From contig JBGSIV010000191.1 in NCBI GenBank assembly GCA_041742355.1, forward strand, positions 1-58,656: a DNA stretch of 58,656 nt. The letters run 5' to 3'. A program made the position numbers and the translations under genes. The DNA is from Candidatus Zixiibacteriota bacterium (lineage in GTDB: Bacteria; Zixibacteria; MSB-5A5; GN15; FEB-12). Below are positions 56,640 through 58,656 of the stretch, one piece after another. The notes under the pieces were generated by a model. That model was not told the DNA's origin, ran no database searches, and was given only the letters and a program-made list of their open reading frames with translations. Every line of letters begins with the position of its first letter. Position 1 is the first letter of the stretch.

Positions 56640-58656
56640 TAAACCGCAATCGAATCCGTGCCAGTTTCCTGCTTTGCGTCCTAACCGCCCTTGGTTTGAT
56701 GCCGGCCCCACAAGCGTATGGCCAAAACGTCCGTTCCGGAGACGTGATCGACTATATCGACAGCCTGATCGGGGAGATCGCCGATGCCACTCCGGCCGAT
56801 CTGTACGTGCAGCCGACGGCAGCAGAGCAGGATCTCTGGCAGCAGATTATCTTGGATATGGCGGCCGGTCACTATGCCGATGCGCATGCCGAAGCGGCCC
56901 CGATCAACTACCGCGTTACGCAATTCTCCGACCTGTCCCAGTCTCCTAATCGGACATTCTATGTACTGGAGCGGATACCCGGTTCGACCACGACGTGGTG
57001 GGGGACGTTCGTTTTCAATGCCCAGGCGTCTCGCCCGAGACTGGTGATTCAATCGCCACACCCGCTGCAGAACCGCAACACCGGGAACCAGGGACTGCGA
57101 GTTTTCCATGAAGCTGGAGCTTGGGCGTTCTTTGTGTCAGGCACACATAAGTGCAACTCGACCATCTACACACCCTGCACCGGGGAGACTTCCACCTCGT
57201 GCAGTGTCGATCCGGAGCCGTACCGCAACTGTGATCAGGCTCATTCGGTAGAGGGGACTTTTCAGTTGGCAACGGAAGTGCTTCTCCAGGCCCGTCCCGA
57301 TATCATTGTCATTCAGCCGCACGGTTTCACGAAGGAGTCCGGTGATCCCGACCTGATCATGAGCAACGGCACCCGTTTCACGCCCTCCGACACCGATTGG
57401 GTGGCCACACTCCGGGACAACCTGCTGTTGCAGGACAACACGCTGACGTTCAAGGTAGCTCATATTGACCTCTCATGGACAAAGTTCGTCGGGCGCGAGA
57501 ATGTACAGGGACGGCTTGTGAACAATGGCAGTAATCCGTGTTATTCATTCGCAACATCAACGACCGGGCGCTTCGTCCATCTGGAGCAAGCGTATTCGAA
57601 GCTCCGTGATACGGAAGCCAACTGGTACAAACTGGCCAACGCGGTGGCTCTGACCTTCCCGGCGACCGACCAAATTCTGTCGGTGCAGTCGGGCCCGTGG
57701 CGGAGTCCGTCGACCTGGGCCAACAACGTGATTCCGATGGCTTCGGATGACGTTCGAATCGAGGCCGGCCACACCGTGTCCGTTGACGATTCCTCATCGG
57801 TGTGCCGCTCCCTGTCGTTTGCCGATACCTCGTCCCACCTCGATATGAACGCCTACAGCCGGCTGAACGTCTACGGCGACTTCACCCTGGCCGGGGTCAC
57901 CCACAACGTCTTCTCAGCCGGATGGTCGCCCGACAGCGCCTTTGTGCGCTTTGTCGGGAGCGAACCGGTGCAGACGATCAGCGGCTTCAGCACGACCGGC
58001 GGGTCGACCTCGTTCCGCAACGTGATCGTGGCGAAGGACTCCGGCACGGTGGTGACTACGGCCGGGAACGGCATGCGGCTGGGCCTGCAGCAGAGCCTGG
58101 ACATTGTCAGCGGCACTCTCCTGCTTGCCGACGGCGACGATATCGAAGGCCGCTGGACCAACAGCGGCAACTTCACGAGCGACCAGCAGCTGGAGATCGT
58201 CATTCATCCGGAGGGTGCGCTGCGATTAGTCGATGGGGCCGACTGGCACCACGTCCGCAGCGGCAGCGCGGCAATCCCGATCGGGAAAATGACGGTGTTC
58301 GGCACAGTTGAGTTCTACGACGCCAGTTCGCTCTTCATCAGCATCGGCGGTATCGACGTGAAGGACGGTGGAACGATCGAGATCGGCACAAGCCTGTGGA
58401 GCTCGACCTCGGGCCCGAAGTTCAACCCCGGTACAATCACGCTGGAGCCCGGAGCAACGCTTCTCAATTTCTCGACAGTTCAAGTGTACTTTGACACGAG
58501 TGTCGTAGTTCTAAACAGCGGGGCGACGTACAAGACATCCAGTTCGGTTACGATCTTCCCGCCCACCTTCACCGAGCAGGGGACAGTCCGCTACCAGCGC
58601 ACGACCAGTGACCAGACGGTCACCGACCGGGACTACCAGTCGGTGGAGTTCAGCTT
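56636..58656 (+). CDS. Large secreted protein, 3'-truncated: Zn-hydrolase-like N-terminal domain plus a beta-rich domain paralogous to 39210-41951
   Basis: Absent from the ORF track (no stop in window); ATG 56636 overlaps the pgsW stop; manual translation gives MINRNRIRASFLL..LVIQSPHP..SGTH..DQAH..IQPHGF..SGPWRSPSTW..HNVFSAGWS..STTGGSTSFR. Confidence 0.85.
   Translation, partial: MINRNRIRASFLLCVLTALGLMPAPQAYGQNVRSGDVIDYIDSLIGEIADATPADLYVQPTAAEQDLWQQIILDMAAGHYADAHAEAAPINYRVTQFSDLSQSPNRTFYVLERIPGSTTTWWGTFVFNAQASRPRLVIQSPHPLQNRNTGNQGLRVFHEAGAWAFFVSGTHKCNSTIYTPCTGETSTSCSVDPEPYRNCDQAHSVEGTFQLATEVLLQARPDIIVIQPHGFTKESGDPDLIMSNGTRFTPSDTDWVATLRDNLLLQDNTLTFKVAHIDLSWTKFVGRENVQGRLVNNGSNPCYSFATSTTGRFVHLEQAYSKLRDTEANWYKLANAVALTFPATDQILSVQSGPWRSPSTWANNVIPMASDDVRIEAGHTVSVDDSSSVCRSLSFADTSSHLDMNAYSRLNVYGDFTLAGVTHNVFSAGWSPDSAFVRFVGSEPVQTISGFSTTGGSTSFRNVIVAKDSGTVVTTAGNGMRLGLQQSLDIVSGTLLLADGDDIEGRWTNSGNFTSDQQLEIVIHPEGALRLVDGADWHHVRSGSAAIPIGKMTVFGTVEFYDASSLFISIGGIDVKDGGTIEIGTSLWSSTSGPKFNPGTITLEPGATLLNFSTVQVYFDTSVVVLNSGATYKTSSSVTIFPPTFTEQGTVRYQRTTSDQTVTDRDYQSVEFS

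Overview
The window has three parts. (1) 1-2499: GC-rich host genes (CPA2-type cation:proton antiporter, GNAT) and an initiator tRNA-fMet. (2) 2490-38930: a nested island at the tRNA 3' end. The inner part is a ~22.2 kb large-serine-recombinase (LSR) element (2490-24708) whose attL and attR rejoin into a clean palindromic attP. It carries a replication/excision-type operon behind a predicted sigma-54 promoter with IHF and enhancer sites and its own enhancer-binding activator. It also carries a stacked defence locus (SNF2 helicase, DUF4391, GmrSD, type III Mod, AbiE, type III Res) and an ArdC plus mini clamp-loader-type ATPase operon. An older, integrase-less ~14.2 kb segment (24709-38930) follows, with MNT-HEPN, a 2821-aa RHS toxin with a GIY-YIG-like tip, an immunity gene and a secreted beta-propeller. 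(3) 39210-58656: an NtrBC-like two-component pair divergent from a large poly-gamma-glutamate (pgsB/pgsC/pgsW) operon with GGT, M14-type peptidase, transporter and porin, flanked by two paralogous secreted proteins. Dockerin-like and PNPFN-type C-terminal domains suggest an FCB-related host such as Zixibacteria (inference). Most notable: the LSR gene reads through its own att site, so recombination swaps its C-terminus (-RI* when integrated, a 20-aa tail ending -FVCAA* when excised), and the element appears to control its own mobility operon through sigma-54. All family calls come from motif recognition by eye; no searches were run.
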